This document shows positions 50,935 through 63,673 of a stretch of 64,000 nt of DNA, in pieces. Position 1 is the first letter of the stretch. Every line of letters begins with the position of its first letter. This DNA comes from Felis catus. Lineage: Eukaryota. Below the pieces are notes generated by a model. It was not told where the DNA came from and made no database searches. It worked only from the letters and a program-made list of their open reading frames with translations. A program made the translations under genes and the position numbers. The stretch lies in assembly GCF_018350175.1 (NCBI RefSeq), contig NC_058368.1:227108001-227172000 (forward strand), in the 5' to 3' direction.

Positions 50935-51915
50935 GATGATGCGGAGAAAAGGGAAGCCTTGCGCACTGTTGGCGGGCATATAATCTGGTGTGCTCATTAT
51001 GGCAAACAGTATGAAGGCTCCAAAAAATTAAAAATGGCACTACCATGTGATTCCGCAGCCCCACTTCTGAGCATACATCAGAAAGAAATGAGATCGCTGT
51101 CATGAAAACGCGTCTGCGTCCCCATGTTCGTTGCGGCATTCGTTATTCGTAACAGCCAAGATATGAAAACAACACAAATATCCATCGACAGATAAACAGG
51201 TAAAGAAAATGTGGTACATACGGGCAATGGAATATTATTCGGTCTTTTAAAAAAGAAGGAATTCCAGGGGTATCTCGGTGGCTCAGTCGGGTAAGCATCC
51301 AACTCTTGATTTCAGTTCAAGTCATGATCTCGTGGTTCACGAGATCAAGTCCCACATTGGGCTGTGCTGACAGCGCCGATCCTGCTTGGGATTCTCTCTC
51401 CCTCTCTCTCTGCCCCTCCCCTGCTTGCACTGTTTCTCTCTCACTCTCAAAATAAATAAATAAACCTTTTTTTTTTTAAAGAAGGAAATCCTGCCATTTG
51501 CAACAACATGGATCGACCTAGACGCCATTATGCTAAGTGAAATGAACCAGACACAGAAAGGCAAGCACTGCATGATCTCACTTATACGTGAAATCTAAAA
51601 GAGTCGGCGAGTAAAATGATGGTTGCCACATGCTTGGGAGGAGGGAGAAATGTCAAAGTGTTGGTCAAGGGGTACAAAGCATTAGTCACGCAACATGAGT
51701 AAGTTCTGGAGACAGAACGTACAACAACGTGACTAGGTAAAAATACTGCATTGTATACTTGAAATTTGCTAAGGGGGTAACTCTTTAAGCGCTCTCACCA
51801 TGAAACAAAGGAAAAAGAACTCATGGGAGGGGACGGATACGTTAATCGCCTTGCCTATGGTGATCATTTCATAATGTATATGTACGTCAAATAACCAACA
51901 GTATACCTTAAACAC
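50935..51915 (+). mobile_element. L1 (L1MA-like) 3' end, interrupted by a SINE
   Basis: gatgcggagaaaagggaa...gccatttgcaacaacatggat...cattatgctaagtgaaat...ttgaaatttgctaag. Confidence 0.9.
51267..51477 (+). mobile_element. CanSINE in L1
   Basis: TSD aaagaagga(a/aa)(t)tcc-like repeat on both sides. Confidence 0.93.
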
Positions 51916-53744
51916 AGACCAATGAGCACAGGTTAAATCTAAATCTAGCGATCAAACTAGATAGGGTCATTGAATGAAATTTCTGGATAAGAGGTTGAAT
52001 TTTCAAAATCTGTTGAATAATGGAAGAGGTAGAACTTAGAAATCTTGGGTCCAAGTGTGGAATGACCGAAAGGTGCCCAGAGGGGGTGTCCTACATACAT
52101 AACAATACAAGAAACTAGGGCACAACTCCTTTCAGCCAAAAAGTCTCAGATGGGGAGAGCTAGGCCAGTAGCTTCACTGTCACCCGGGGACAGCAGGATG
52201 GGATCATCGAGAGCAAGATGACAGCCTGGGACCTCACACCAAACCAGAGAGCACAGAGAAGGCTCCAGGTCGGAACGGTATGCAGAGGCCCGGGCTGGGC
52301 CCTGAGCGATAGGTCTGCGCTTGGGTGAAGCTGAGGTCAGGAAGACAGTACCCAGCAGCCCAGGTTAAGCCGAGAGGCACAGATCAGAGAAGTCGTGAGG
52401 TTGGAGCCGACTGCAGAAAACTGGCGAGAGCAAGAAAGCGAGTCCACAGGGCATGGCCCTAAGTGGGTCCTCGCAGGTGGACCGACCATGGCCTGCCCTC
52501 TGCCTTGTTCTAAGCAACCTTCCTGGCGTGAGCAGGCAATGGCTGGCAGGCAGGAGTTCTTCACCACAGCAAGGACAGGCCCCGAAGTTGTTAGTGTCTG
52601 CAGTAAATCTCCGGGGAAGGAAGCTTCCGAGTTCCAGGAAAAAAAAAAAAAAAAAAAAAAAAGCAAACAAACAAACAAACAAACTAAAGAATTCATGGGA
52701 GGAGCAGAGGAACCAGTGAAAACCTACCTTTAAAGTGACCGGGGGCCATGATACCAGATACACTTTTTCTCTGCCACAACCTCCATCGCCTGCAACCCTA
52801 TGGATCAGGGACAAGGGAAGCATGACTGAATTTTAAGGGGTGCCTGTGAGCCATAAAAGTTTTTCCTTCCTGGGTTTCGAAGCAAAGTTATAGGGTAGGG
52901 TGTTCCTGCAACGTGTGGGCCCAGTCACGGCTAAGAAGAAAGTTGGGGGCGGGGGGTACGATGTTAGGGTGATAGGAAAAGGCCCAGTGGCTTCTTCATG
53001 GGTGCAAAACTTTTGAATTAAATGCCATTTCAATAGGTCTCTATTACGTATGGAAAGGAACACACTGTAGAACCAAACAGACGGGACTCAGAAGTTCGAA
53101 AACAATGAATAGAGTGGCCATTCTAAAAAAGCCAGTTCCTAGCAATTGCTGGTTGGGCTCCAACATTCTCAGCTGGAAACTATAAACTCACTTTATTTGG
53201 GGACATCTAAGGCCTCGGGGCAGGACATGATGAGTCCAATAAGTGCTGATGATCCTCCCTACAAATATTTCCAGCACGTATCACCTCCAGGCCCTCTTAC
53301 CGCCTGTGTTTGCATGCACGCCTTGGTCAGCTCTCACCTGAATTACTAAGACAGCGTCCCGGTCTTGCGGTGCCAGGCTCACTCCTCCGCCCCCATCTCC
53401 AGACGGATGCCACGTGTGCTCTCTGTGAAGGCTCCAGGAGCCATTCTGACCCGGGGAAGTGCAAAATGGATATGCCGGGGTTCGTTCTTCTATGTCCTGA
53501 AGGCCCCTGTGGGTCCCGCGCGGGCGGCCCCACGGCCAAGTGCTAACATGCACTGGGGGCAGGAGGAGAAGGGGAAGTGTGCCGAGGCTTGTACAGAACC
53601 TGATCATTCACACAGCCTGCTTTGGTCTCTCCAGCCAACTGCCCTGGGGCTCACGTTTGGCCCCAGCCTGGAACACCGGGTGGGGTTCATTAGAGCTCCT
53701 CCCTGCCCCCCCCTTCATCATGCAGAAAGTTGATTCATTATTTC

Positions 53745-53880
53745 ACCGCTCCCTTCAGCCCTCCCTCCATCCATTCATCCATCCGTTTCACAAACATTCA
53801 GCAAGCACCAAACAAAGAGTCCGGGTACTACTCTGGGAGATGGAGATAAAACACTGAATAAATACGGAAGAGACCGTGAA
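53745..53880 (-). mobile_element. L2 3' end fragment
   Basis: (cat/tc)-rich tail ccattcatccatcc...aaacattcagcaagcacc. Confidence 0.5.
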
Positions 53881-54999
53881 CGCCTTCATCCCCACGTCCC
53901 ACTGCCCTGACCCACACACGTTTCTCAGCAGAGCAAATCCCTAAACATTTTAAACACGGGGATGACGGGATCAGAAAGGAAGAATATTTCAGAATTGGCC
54001 TGCATCGAAGCCACACGTCTGCGGAGTTCTCTTGAGTGGGATCTCACACGCGTCTGGTTTTCGATCTAGACTCTTGCTTTGGGCAACACAAACCTGTCCC
54101 TGGTTTACCCCTGATCTAGCATCAGGGTGTCCTGGGAAGTCCCAGGTTAGGAGACACTCACACCCTCCCCCTATCCCAGGCAGCTCCCGGGCTTGCCTTC
54201 TCCAGAGCATTCCCTCTTAAAAACCCTGCTACTTCCCTGGCTTGTCAAACAACAGCAGGCTCCAAGTCAAGGGCACGAGGATAGCCACCCACGCACCTTG
54301 GTCTGGTGTGAGAGCCCCCTCCCCTGCCACCGCTTACTGGGTCCACCAGACGAGCCCGAATTAACTTTCCAGGTCTGGCTCACCCTTCGGGATCTACCAT
54401 GTATTTGGATATAAGTCTGCGGAACATAAAACATTGACAAATACGCCTTTATTTTACCTTCTCAAGCAGGTGAAATGTGCCTTGTTTATGGGACACGAAA
54501 AATAAAGATTGCCTTTTTTGCCTGCCGAGTATAGTCTACTATTTTGAGACAGGTCTTCAAGAGTAAGTAAAAATTATTGTTTTCATTATGAGTATTCTCC
54601 TCCAGCTCTAAAACTCTATGATTCGATGCACAGCATTTTAAGTGATTGCTTGAAAGAATGGCTTCCTACCATTGCCTCGGGTGAAAAGTTCAATCCTAGG
54701 ATCTCCCCGGCAGAGTGACTACAAGCCATGACCACGAAGGCTCGTCCTGCAGACTAATGTTGGTGCATTGCGCCATTGCAGCGGGTAAAGGCCCACGGCA
54801 GTGCCCGCATCATAAGAGTCAGTTCCACCTGGACGAAAGAAACAAAAAGAGCAGTATTAGTTGATGTTGCTGGCTGGCACGAACCTCTTTGGGATCACTC
54901 AAAACCATGAAAGCTTAGAAAAGCCAACTTGTGCTTTCTTGAACCCCCATGCGACAGCCATTGGAACGGCGACCGGTCTAGCGAAAGGGCGACTTTGAA

Positions 55000-55210
55000 A
55001 TCAAACAGACCTGGCCTTTCCTCCAGCCTTTGTTCCGTAACAGGTATGTGATCTTGGGCTGGCTACTTGATTTCTCTGAGCCTTTCTCCTCATCCATAAA
55101 ACAGAGATTTAAAACAAAAACAACACATTGAATTGCCCTGAGGGCGAAAGGAATAGGATAAACACAGCCTAGTGGTGTCTGGAACACAGAAGACAATCAA
55201 CAAATATTTC
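55000..55210 (+). mobile_element. MIR
   Basis: cagacctgg...tatgtgatcttgggc...ttctctgagcctttctcctcatccataaaac...gtctggaacacag. Confidence 0.7.
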
Positions 55211-58200
55211 CGACTTGATTTCAAAAATATGAAACCCACCACAGGGTCATTTTTCTGGGTCTCTGTTTCATCAGTAACCTAGCATTATTCCTCGGGAATT
55301 TTTATAGTAAACACATACAGGATTGTTAGATCCAAAGTGTAGAAAATTCTGCTCTCTGGTTTCTATTAACTTTCCATACATCTTTAGTACAAGTATAATT
55401 GTTACTCCTGACCCATGACTCTTGAGACCCTGCTGTCTACCAGAGTCTCTTCTGAGTCATTAAAAGCAGATGGAATCATGTTCTAAATGGCACTTTCTCA
55501 AATGTATTTTATTGTGTTATTTATTAAGATGCGCAATTTGCCGAGGAAGAGATAATCTTCACTGCCATCTGAAGACGTAGGGAAACAGCCCCTCCCCACA
55601 TTTCATGCATTTCTAATCAGTCGAGGATGAGTAAAGCAAGGGTTAATAACCGCCTCGCTCATCTACCTCGCGAAGGCTGAGAATTACACCAATGTTCAGA
55701 GAAAGTGGTCTAGCCCACAGGATCACAGTAGGGAGGATACGGCCACCCAAATGAAAAGTACTAAGATGTGAGCACCCCAGTCCCTCTTTGCATCCCGCTG
55801 GCTGGACCCAACAGGAGGCCAGATGGCGAGAGCGTCACAATCGCCCCACCAGTCCCGCCTCTCAGGGCACAGAGCCTAAGGGAGAAGGGAGAAGTGGACT
55901 CAGAGGGGCCACAGGAAGATACTCGGCACAGTATGCTGTCACTTTATCCAGTGACACACTTGTTGCCGGGGGACAAAGTGGGTCTTTTTTAACTCGCTGC
56001 CACGCGAGAGCCCTAAACCCTGCCTGACATCCACAAGGAGTTGAAAATTCAGTCATCCCATCATGTGGATAAGTCACTTCCCATATACCCCTAGAAATAT
56101 TTTTCATGCGTTCCGCTCATTCAACCAGCCTTTGGTTCGCGTCCACCTGAAAAGGGACACTGACGTCTCTGCCAGATGGCAACACATGCATTCCAGAACC
56201 CACCTCGCATTCTCAAAGCCCTGGCACTAAAATTACAGAGTCTGTGGGGGGAAAGTAGGGTAGAGGAGACCACTGCCAACCCATAAAGCCCTCACAAACG
56301 ACGAAGACGAGGACAACAACAACAGCAACAACAATTGGCTCCCGGGGAGATAAATCAAACAGGGGAGACAGGGAGTTCAGCCTGGCTGGAACTGCCCCTG
56401 GGGTGTCACAAATGCCCAGAAACCCCCTCGTGGGAGCCGAGCTTCGGGGTGCTGGGCAATGCAGGTGGTGAGGGGTGCGCTGAGCTTGGAGGCGCTACCA
56501 TGATAATGGGCCCAGGAAGCAGCACCCTCTGACCTCTCCCACCCCCACCCCAGCCAGCCTGTGTCTCTCCGGGGAAGGAACCCCAGACACTTGCCCTCGT
56601 TCTAATTCTCTCAAAACGCAGCCAAAGGGCTCTTGCTGCTTGGACAGCAGCTGACTTGAAGGCTTTTCCCCTCTCTCATGAAGGCTATAATTCCATTCCC
56701 ACCATCTATTCTAGAAAAAATCACAAACGAACCACAGTGACTTCCACTATAGAAGCATCGTGGCATTGTCGTCTCTGGCTTTTCTAGAAAACAGAGCCCT
56801 GAGGCAAAGTTTACCTGTTACAGGGCTTGCGGGGGTGGAGGGAAAAGGGAAATCGAAGCCGGAAAGGGGGTTGTTACCAAGATGGCCACGGCTTCACAAA
56901 GACACCCTGCCTCCGGGTCATGTGGACCTCTCCAGAAAGGCCACAGGGAGCCATTGTATCGCAAGAAAGATTGCTTCATTATTTCCTTGAGTTAAAAGAG
57001 ACATCATGAACCTAGGAACACGCAAGTGGAAACCAGCACCGGCTGCGCTATTTTCTTTCACTTAGGAGTCCCATTCTTTTCGTGCCCTTCTCAGATAGTG
57101 GTTTTGTGTTAGCGCCAATGATAATTGTAAGTGCGCCCATGTTTCGCATCGTATCAACAGTGTATGGAATCCGTGCAGGGATCCCTCTTTATACCCCGGG
57201 TTAGTGGCAGCCATAGTGCTCTGTCCGCTACTGTCTTTTGCTCCACCAGACTTTTCATCAGGAAATGAGGCAAAGCAGTCCATTGGGCCGCCCTATCCTG
57301 ATCTGCTTTGACATTACTGTGTTATGTCCCTGACCCTAACGTCACACACTCCCCCCTCCCCCATCTCTAGACCTCACTGGCAATCCATTGGCAACGTGCT
57401 TTGGCCCGCAGAGCTGATGGAAAGCATCTAATAAAACGAAGGCATAAATACCCACTTAGGCTACTAGATTCAGGTAATGAAGTTGATACCATCCATTTAA
57501 TCCCCAAGCGAGCCAGTTGTTTTAACAGACGCCATTCCATAGACCAGTTTTGTATCCATGTTTCTCTAAACACTAGCCTACAGCAAAATGACGATAACTT
57601 TTCACGGAAGAAAAGAAATGGAGGGGACGGGGGCTCCCATAAGCAGATAATTTTAGAAAAGACGGGGTTATACAAATACGAAAAGGCATCTTCGCCGCCG
57701 GACTTTTAGGGACTGACATTAATGTTCACGAACATTATGTTAATGTGTGTTATGATTCTCCCTCCGTAAGAGGACTATAACACTCAGTGTTCCGTCCCCT
57801 CGATTTTTTGTGTTTTTATCTTTGCCAGTGCAGTGGTTAACTTGGAGGTTACTTTTCGGATGAGATTATCATTTAAGTTGGTGAACTCTGAGTAAAGCGG
57901 GTTACCCTTCATAATGTGGATGGGCCTCATCAAATCAGTTGAAGGCCTGAGAGGAAGAAAATAACCGGGCTCCCTGAGCAAGACAGAATTCTCCAGCAGA
58001 ATGGCCCCACACTCCATCTGCACCACTGGCTTTCCTCAGTCCCCAGTCTTCAGACTGGGACTGTATCATCTGTTGTCCTAGATCTCAACCCTTCCAGCCC
58101 ACAGATTTTGGACTTGTCAGCCTCTGTAATTGTGTGAACCAATTTCTTATAATCAATCTCTTTCTCTATATATGTATACACATCCTATCACTTGTCTTTC

Positions 58201-58249
58201 TCTAAAAAACCTTGACTAATACAGATTTGGTACCAGCAATGAGGCAGTA

Positions 58250-58705
58250 AGCCAGCTACCTGGCAACAGGTTGATTACATCGGATGTAAGGGACAGCATT
58301 TTGTTCTTACGGAAACAGACACTCACTCTGGATGTAGATTTTCCTTCTCTACCTGGAATGCTTCTTCCAAACCTGCCATCCATGAACTTACAGAACACCT
58401 TATCCACCATCGTGATAGTCCACACAGGATTGCTTCTGATGAAGGAACTCGTTTCAAGGCAAACAAAGTTCAACAATGGGCCCAGGCTCAAAGAATTCAT
58501 TGATCTTCCCATGTTCCCCATCATCCTGAAATAGCTGGTTCACTGGAATGGCAGAATGCCCTTCGGAAGACTCAGTTACAGTGCCAGCTAGGTGGCAATA
58601 CTTTGCAGGGCTGGGGCAAGGTTCTCCAGGAAGCTGTATGTGCTCTGAATCAGGTTCTAACATACAGTGCTGTGTCTCTGAGAGCCAGGGTTCACAGGCC
58701 CGGGT
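58250..58705 (+). pseudogene. ERV-L integrase core remnant (stop and frameshift)
   Basis: Manual translation TWQQVDYIG..GQHFVLTETDTHSG..IASDEGTRFKANKVQQWAQAQRIH*..HVPHHPEIAGSLEWQN / KTQLQCQLGGNTLQGWGKVLQEAVCALNQ shows the D-D-E triad. Confidence 0.88.
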
Positions 58706-58719
58706 CACCCGTGGTAACT

Positions 58720-59000
58720 CACTTGCAAAACTTTTGCTTGCTGCCCCCATGACTTGGTACTCCAGCCCTGCCAGCCTAGATGTCTCAGTTCCAAAGGGAG
58801 GCATGCTTCCAACAACGATTCCGTTGAACTAGAAGTTAAGAGTGCTATTCAGCCAGTTTGGACTCCTCTTGACTTTAAAGCAACAGGTGAAAAAAGGACT
58901 TACATTGCTGGCTGGGGTTATTGATCCTGAGGAAATGGATCAATGAGGAAAAATGGCACTGCTCCTCCACAGTGGATCTGCGGAAGAGTATGCCTCGAAG
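58720..59000 (+). pseudogene. ERV-L dUTPase remnant
   Basis: LDVSVPKGGMLPTTIPLN*KLRVLFSQFGLLLTLKQQVKKGLTLLAGVIDPE; dUTPase after integrase is characteristic of ERV-L. Confidence 0.8.
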
Positions 59001-59188
59001 GAGATCCTTTAGGATGCCTCTTACTCACTGGAAAACTACAACAACCCAATCCAGGCAGGACTACTAATGGCCCAGACCCTTCAGGAATGAAGGTTTGGGT
59101 TACCCCACAAGGTCAAACAAAAACAAAAACAAAAACACGACCAGTTGAGATGCTGGCTGAAGGCAAAGGGAATTAAGAATGGATGGTG

Positions 59189-59412
59189 GGGGCGCCTGGG
59201 TGGCGCAGTCGGTTAAGCGTCCGACTTCAGCCAGGTCACGATCTCGCGGTCCGTGAGTTCGAGCCCCGCGTCGGGCTCTGGGCTGATGGCTCGGAGCCTG
59301 GAGCCTGTTTCCGATTCTGTGTCTCCCTCTCTCTCTGCCCCTCCCCCGTTCATGCTCTGTCTCTCTCGGTCCGAAAAATAAATAAACGTTGAAAAAAACA
59401 TTAAAAAAAAAA
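59189..59412 (+). mobile_element. Young felid-type CanSINE in ERV-L internal region
   Basis: Near-consensus; perfect TSD aagaatggatggtg (59175-59188, 59413-59426). Confidence 0.97.
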
Positions 59413-61313
59413 AAGAATGGATGGTGAAAGAAGGTAGTTATGAATATCAACTACCACCACATGACCGGTTGCAGAAATGGGGACTGAAGTTTTCATGAGT
59501 ATTTCCTCCTTATTTTGTTTTGTATATGTGTGTGTTTGTGGAGGGGTGTGTGTGCGTATTAGGCAAATATTTCTGTTTTCTCCGCTCTTATCCCCTTATC
59601 ACGTACCATAGGATGCGTTGACTTTATATCACAGTTCATAGGTATTGTTGACTCTACATCATAGTGTTTAGGTGATAGGCTATCAAGGAGAAGAGTGAAT
59701 ACCCTCCAAGGACTTCACAGCGTCTTCTGGGGGAAAAGTTAGTGTGTTTGGGGTTGTACATGGAATAGTTGTATCATGTTGGGCAGAATTACGACCTTTT
59801 TGTTGTCTCTATTTGGTGGCAACGTGATTGGTTGTCATGATGGTTTAAAGAGATACATATGGGTGCCATGTTGACAAAGGGTGGACTTGTGATGGTCGAT
59901 TTTATTTTTCAACTCAGAGGGTGTTTTTGGATGAGAGTTAATATTTAAATCAGTAAATTATGAGTAAATCAGATTCCCTCCACAATGCCGGTGGACTTCA
60001 TCCAATCATTCGAAGGCCTGAATAGAACAAAAGGACAAAGCCAGAGGGAATTTTCCAGCAGAATGCCTTCAGACTTCATCCGTACCACCAGCTCTCCTGG
60101 GTCTTGTGCCTGCTGGCTCACGCTGTTGAATTTGGTCTTGTGGGCCTCCATAACCACATGAGCCAATTCCTTGTAATAAATCTCTATTTATACACACATC
60201 CCAATAGCTCTGTTTCTCTGGAGAACCCCGATTAATAGAGTCAGGAAAATCCTTTTTTTTTTTTCATGAAACAACTATTAACATTTTGTGAGACACCGGA
60301 GTTCCAAGAAGAATAACCCATTAGGGAAATGCCACCTTCTAGGAGCCACAGCCTCCTAGAAGATCTGCTGTCTCACAGATGCAGAATATTGGTAGGAAGG
60401 GGATCTGAGAAAAGGGAAGAAACCGAGTACAGTTATCACCATTGATTATCAAGCTTTCATATTAATGGATTCATTCACAAGACGACTTTTATACTACTAA
60501 ATAGCTGCTAATTCCCATGCCTCAAAAAAAAGAAATATAAGTATGATCTCAGGAATCTGGAAAGACCTTTTCTGCTTCCATGTGACTCACCTATATTCCA
60601 TTATACACATGTCACAGTGTTTCTCTGAGCACTAATTCGTGGGAGTGGCAACTACCCATGAGGCCATGGATGCTGACAGACATTCCATTCCGGTTCCAGA
60701 AAGCTGGCGTGACTCAGACGGTGAGTGCATTCTGCACTGTTATCACGCCATGTGCTGAAAGACGACTTGCAAAGGAATTTTAAGATGCTCTCCTGACCTA
60801 CTAGCAACCAATTACCTTGTCAGCAGGGCAAAGCATCTACCAGTTGGGCAACAATATTACGATGAATGTGAATCCTTTGCTAAAATGCATGATAAAAACA
60901 TAAAAGACTCGAGGTATTCCCATGACACCATTACCATTAACTATTACGGTCTTAAGCAAATATCTGTTTTTTGCCATAGCCACAGGACATTTGCCTTATC
61001 TACCGAAATGGCTGGTTCTAGCCACCGGTATCTTCGGAATAAAATAACCGTGTATGCCTAAATTTTATTAGTACTCAAGAAATCTTCTGCATGGAATGGG
61101 GAAAAGCTAATCTTTGACTTAGCAACTATTTTTAAGTAAAAATATATTAGTTCTAGAAAGGCCTCTTTTGCTTTTAATTTTAATCTTCCTTAAAATTAAT
61201 ATTTTAGAGCAAGACTTTGTGGGGATTCTTCTTCAAGCTATACAACTGTTATTCTCATAGACCATATCGTTTTCTCACCTTTACAGGAAAGACTAAACAT
61301 TGGCCCACTTACA

Positions 61314-61540
61314 GGGGCAGCTGGGTAGCTCAGTCAGTTAAGCGTCCGACTTCGGCTCAGTTCATGATCTCGTAGCTTGTGAGTTCAAGCCTCACGTCGG
61401 GCTCTGTGCTGACAGCTCAGAGCCTCGAGCCTGCTTTGGATTCTGTATCTCCCTCTGCCTCTGTCCCTCCCCACTCGCACTCTCTCTCATCTCTCAAAAA
61501 TAGATAAACATAAGAAAAAATTTGAAGTAAAACATAAAAA
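61314..61540 (+). mobile_element. CanSINE
   Basis: Head, body and A-rich tail. Confidence 0.93.
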
Positions 61541-63461
61541 AAATTTGACCCGCTCCAAAGACAATTTTAAATATTTTAAATAAAAGACGCTGAAATTCTA
61601 CAAAGTATTTTGAACGATGGTGGCATTTCAGCCAAGCTAGGGTGGCATGCAGAGCACAAGGCTACATAAGCCTTCAGATCACTGCCAAGGTTGGCAGTTC
61701 CAATGGATTAAGCAGACCTGTGAATAGAGTTGCAATCCTCCAAAGAGGGGCTTTGCAATCTGGGGGAAAGGGGTGGAGATTCAGTAGTCAGCAGTGATTG
61801 TGTGGGATATACCCCAGAGCTAGCATCTTTCATGTAAATGAGAGAAAAAATGTGGCCTCAAGAAGCATTATCCCACAAAGCCAATCTGAAGAAGGGGCAC
61901 CTTTCAGATAAGACAGAAAGGATGGTCCTACTTTCTCTAGGTCATTAGGCATCCTATGATGCTCTTCAAATAATGGAATGTCCTTGCCTCTCCAATTCCA
62001 GCCTGTGTGATGATTCAGCGTTTCTAAAAGAGCACTGAGGTATTATCAAGAGACAGGATCCTTTCTTTTCTTATTACTGCTGGATTTTATTAATATGGCA
62101 GCAAGGTATCGTAACAGTCCCTGTATATCACCGTATGTGAATTTTACAATGGTGACAATGGTCCTTGAATAGGAGTTTAAAGTATTTTTCAAGTATTTTG
62201 AGTCTCCAGCAATGAAAGTAACTACATAATAAGGAATGGATGATTTCAATTGAAAGGCTTTCAAAGGGAAGTAATAGGTTTAGGAAAATCCTTAAGGCAA
62301 ATAGCTTCATTCTGATCAAAATTACAAGGCTTGGGAAGAAGCGGAGAATGACATTTGTCGCTGAACAGCTTCTCCCGAAGAAACTTTCCAAAGCTGGAGG
62401 AGAGGTTAGGCACCTGTTGGTTTCTATTAGCATCTGGTTAAAATAATGCAGAAAAAATAGACTCAGGAATACCTTGTTCTGATGCCTCATGCCCTGGGGC
62501 AGTTCTGTGGTTGACCTTCCTCTGGCAGGCTCGGACAACCGGGGAAACTCCAGCTCAACACCGGGGACTGGCTCGTGGCTCAAAGGCACAGGGGGGACGT
62601 GGAATACAAACAGACAGAATGACCACTCAGGTGTCTGTGGTTGGAATCAAGGCCTTTTTTGCCATGCCTGAAAATGAAGGTGATAATGCTGCGACTGAAG
62701 GAAAGATAAATGGCTTTTACTGACTGGTGCGTGACCGATGAGCAACTTGTCACTTCCCACTGGAATTTTTTTATGAGGAATCTACCGAGAAATAACAGCA
62801 CCTAGAAACATCAGGCTCACTCCTGAATTCGAATGTACATACGGCCTTTTAGTCTGGGGATACGGTTCCACGCATTTTATTTGTTTCGCATCTCTGCTGT
62901 GTGATGGGACTATTCCCCTTCGTCTCTGCTCTGTAGTTTCAGCGGCAGGGAGAAAGAGGAGAAAAAAGCTTGCTCGGGATGATCAAGTTCAAACAACTCC
63001 AGGCTGAGGTTGGAACCCTGACCCCTTTTGTAACGCTTACTGGAGCTTTGCGGCTTTTGTTGTTTTTGTTGTTAACTCAGAATTGTTATTTTGCCTCTTC
63101 GGTAATTAAAAGAAATCTGAAAATCATCTATCAATCAGTAAAATCGCGTTGTGGGCTTACTGTGCTTTTCACACCTGGGAACATCGCTACCTGGAGACGT
63201 AGGTAAAGATATGAATGCAGCCCAGTTCCCTGAAAAAGAAAAGGGATTGGATTTAGAAATCACATCTGCACACAATTTTAAAAGACGCAAAAAATCGTTA
63301 CTTCCAAAGCACACCTAAAGCTGGAGGGAGCCATAAAACACAAGAAGCCACATGGCACACAGAATTGTTTTGTTAGGGTACCCTCAAACACCATGAACTT
63401 CCACTTCCAGATATCACAAGGCCATTGGCTTAGAAGAATTCTCCAAGGCACCTATTTTCTT

Positions 63462-63500
<39 letters not shown>

Positions 63501-63673
63501 TGGAGAGCGTGCAAGCAGGGCAGAGAGAGAGAGAGGGAGAGAGAAAATCCGAAGCAGTCTCCGTGCTCAGCACAGAGCCCGACCTGGGGCTCGATCTCAC
63601 AACTGCAAGTTCCCAACCTGAGCCGAAATCAAGAGTCAGATGCTTGACGGACTGAGCCACACCCAGGCGCCCC
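63462..63673 (-). mobile_element. CanSINE with (TTTA)n tail
   Basis: Perfect TSD cacctattttctt (63449-63461, 63674-63686). Confidence 0.94.

Larger units (their letters stand above)
57829..60239 (+). mobile_element. Internally deleted ERV-L provirus (two MLT2-type LTRs)
   Basis: 5' LTR 57829-58223; PBS-like gatttggtaccag; integrase and dUTPase remnants; PPT-like ttgacaaagggtggact; 3' LTR 59888-60239; 5-bp flanks gccag/gtcag. Confidence 0.9.

Noticed and set aside
56165..56185. CTCF-like motif ctgccagatggca
   Set aside because: Imperfect single motif; expected by chance in 64 kb.
62128..62589. 153-aa minus ORF
   Set aside because: No recognisable protein, weak splice acceptor, random-like composition.
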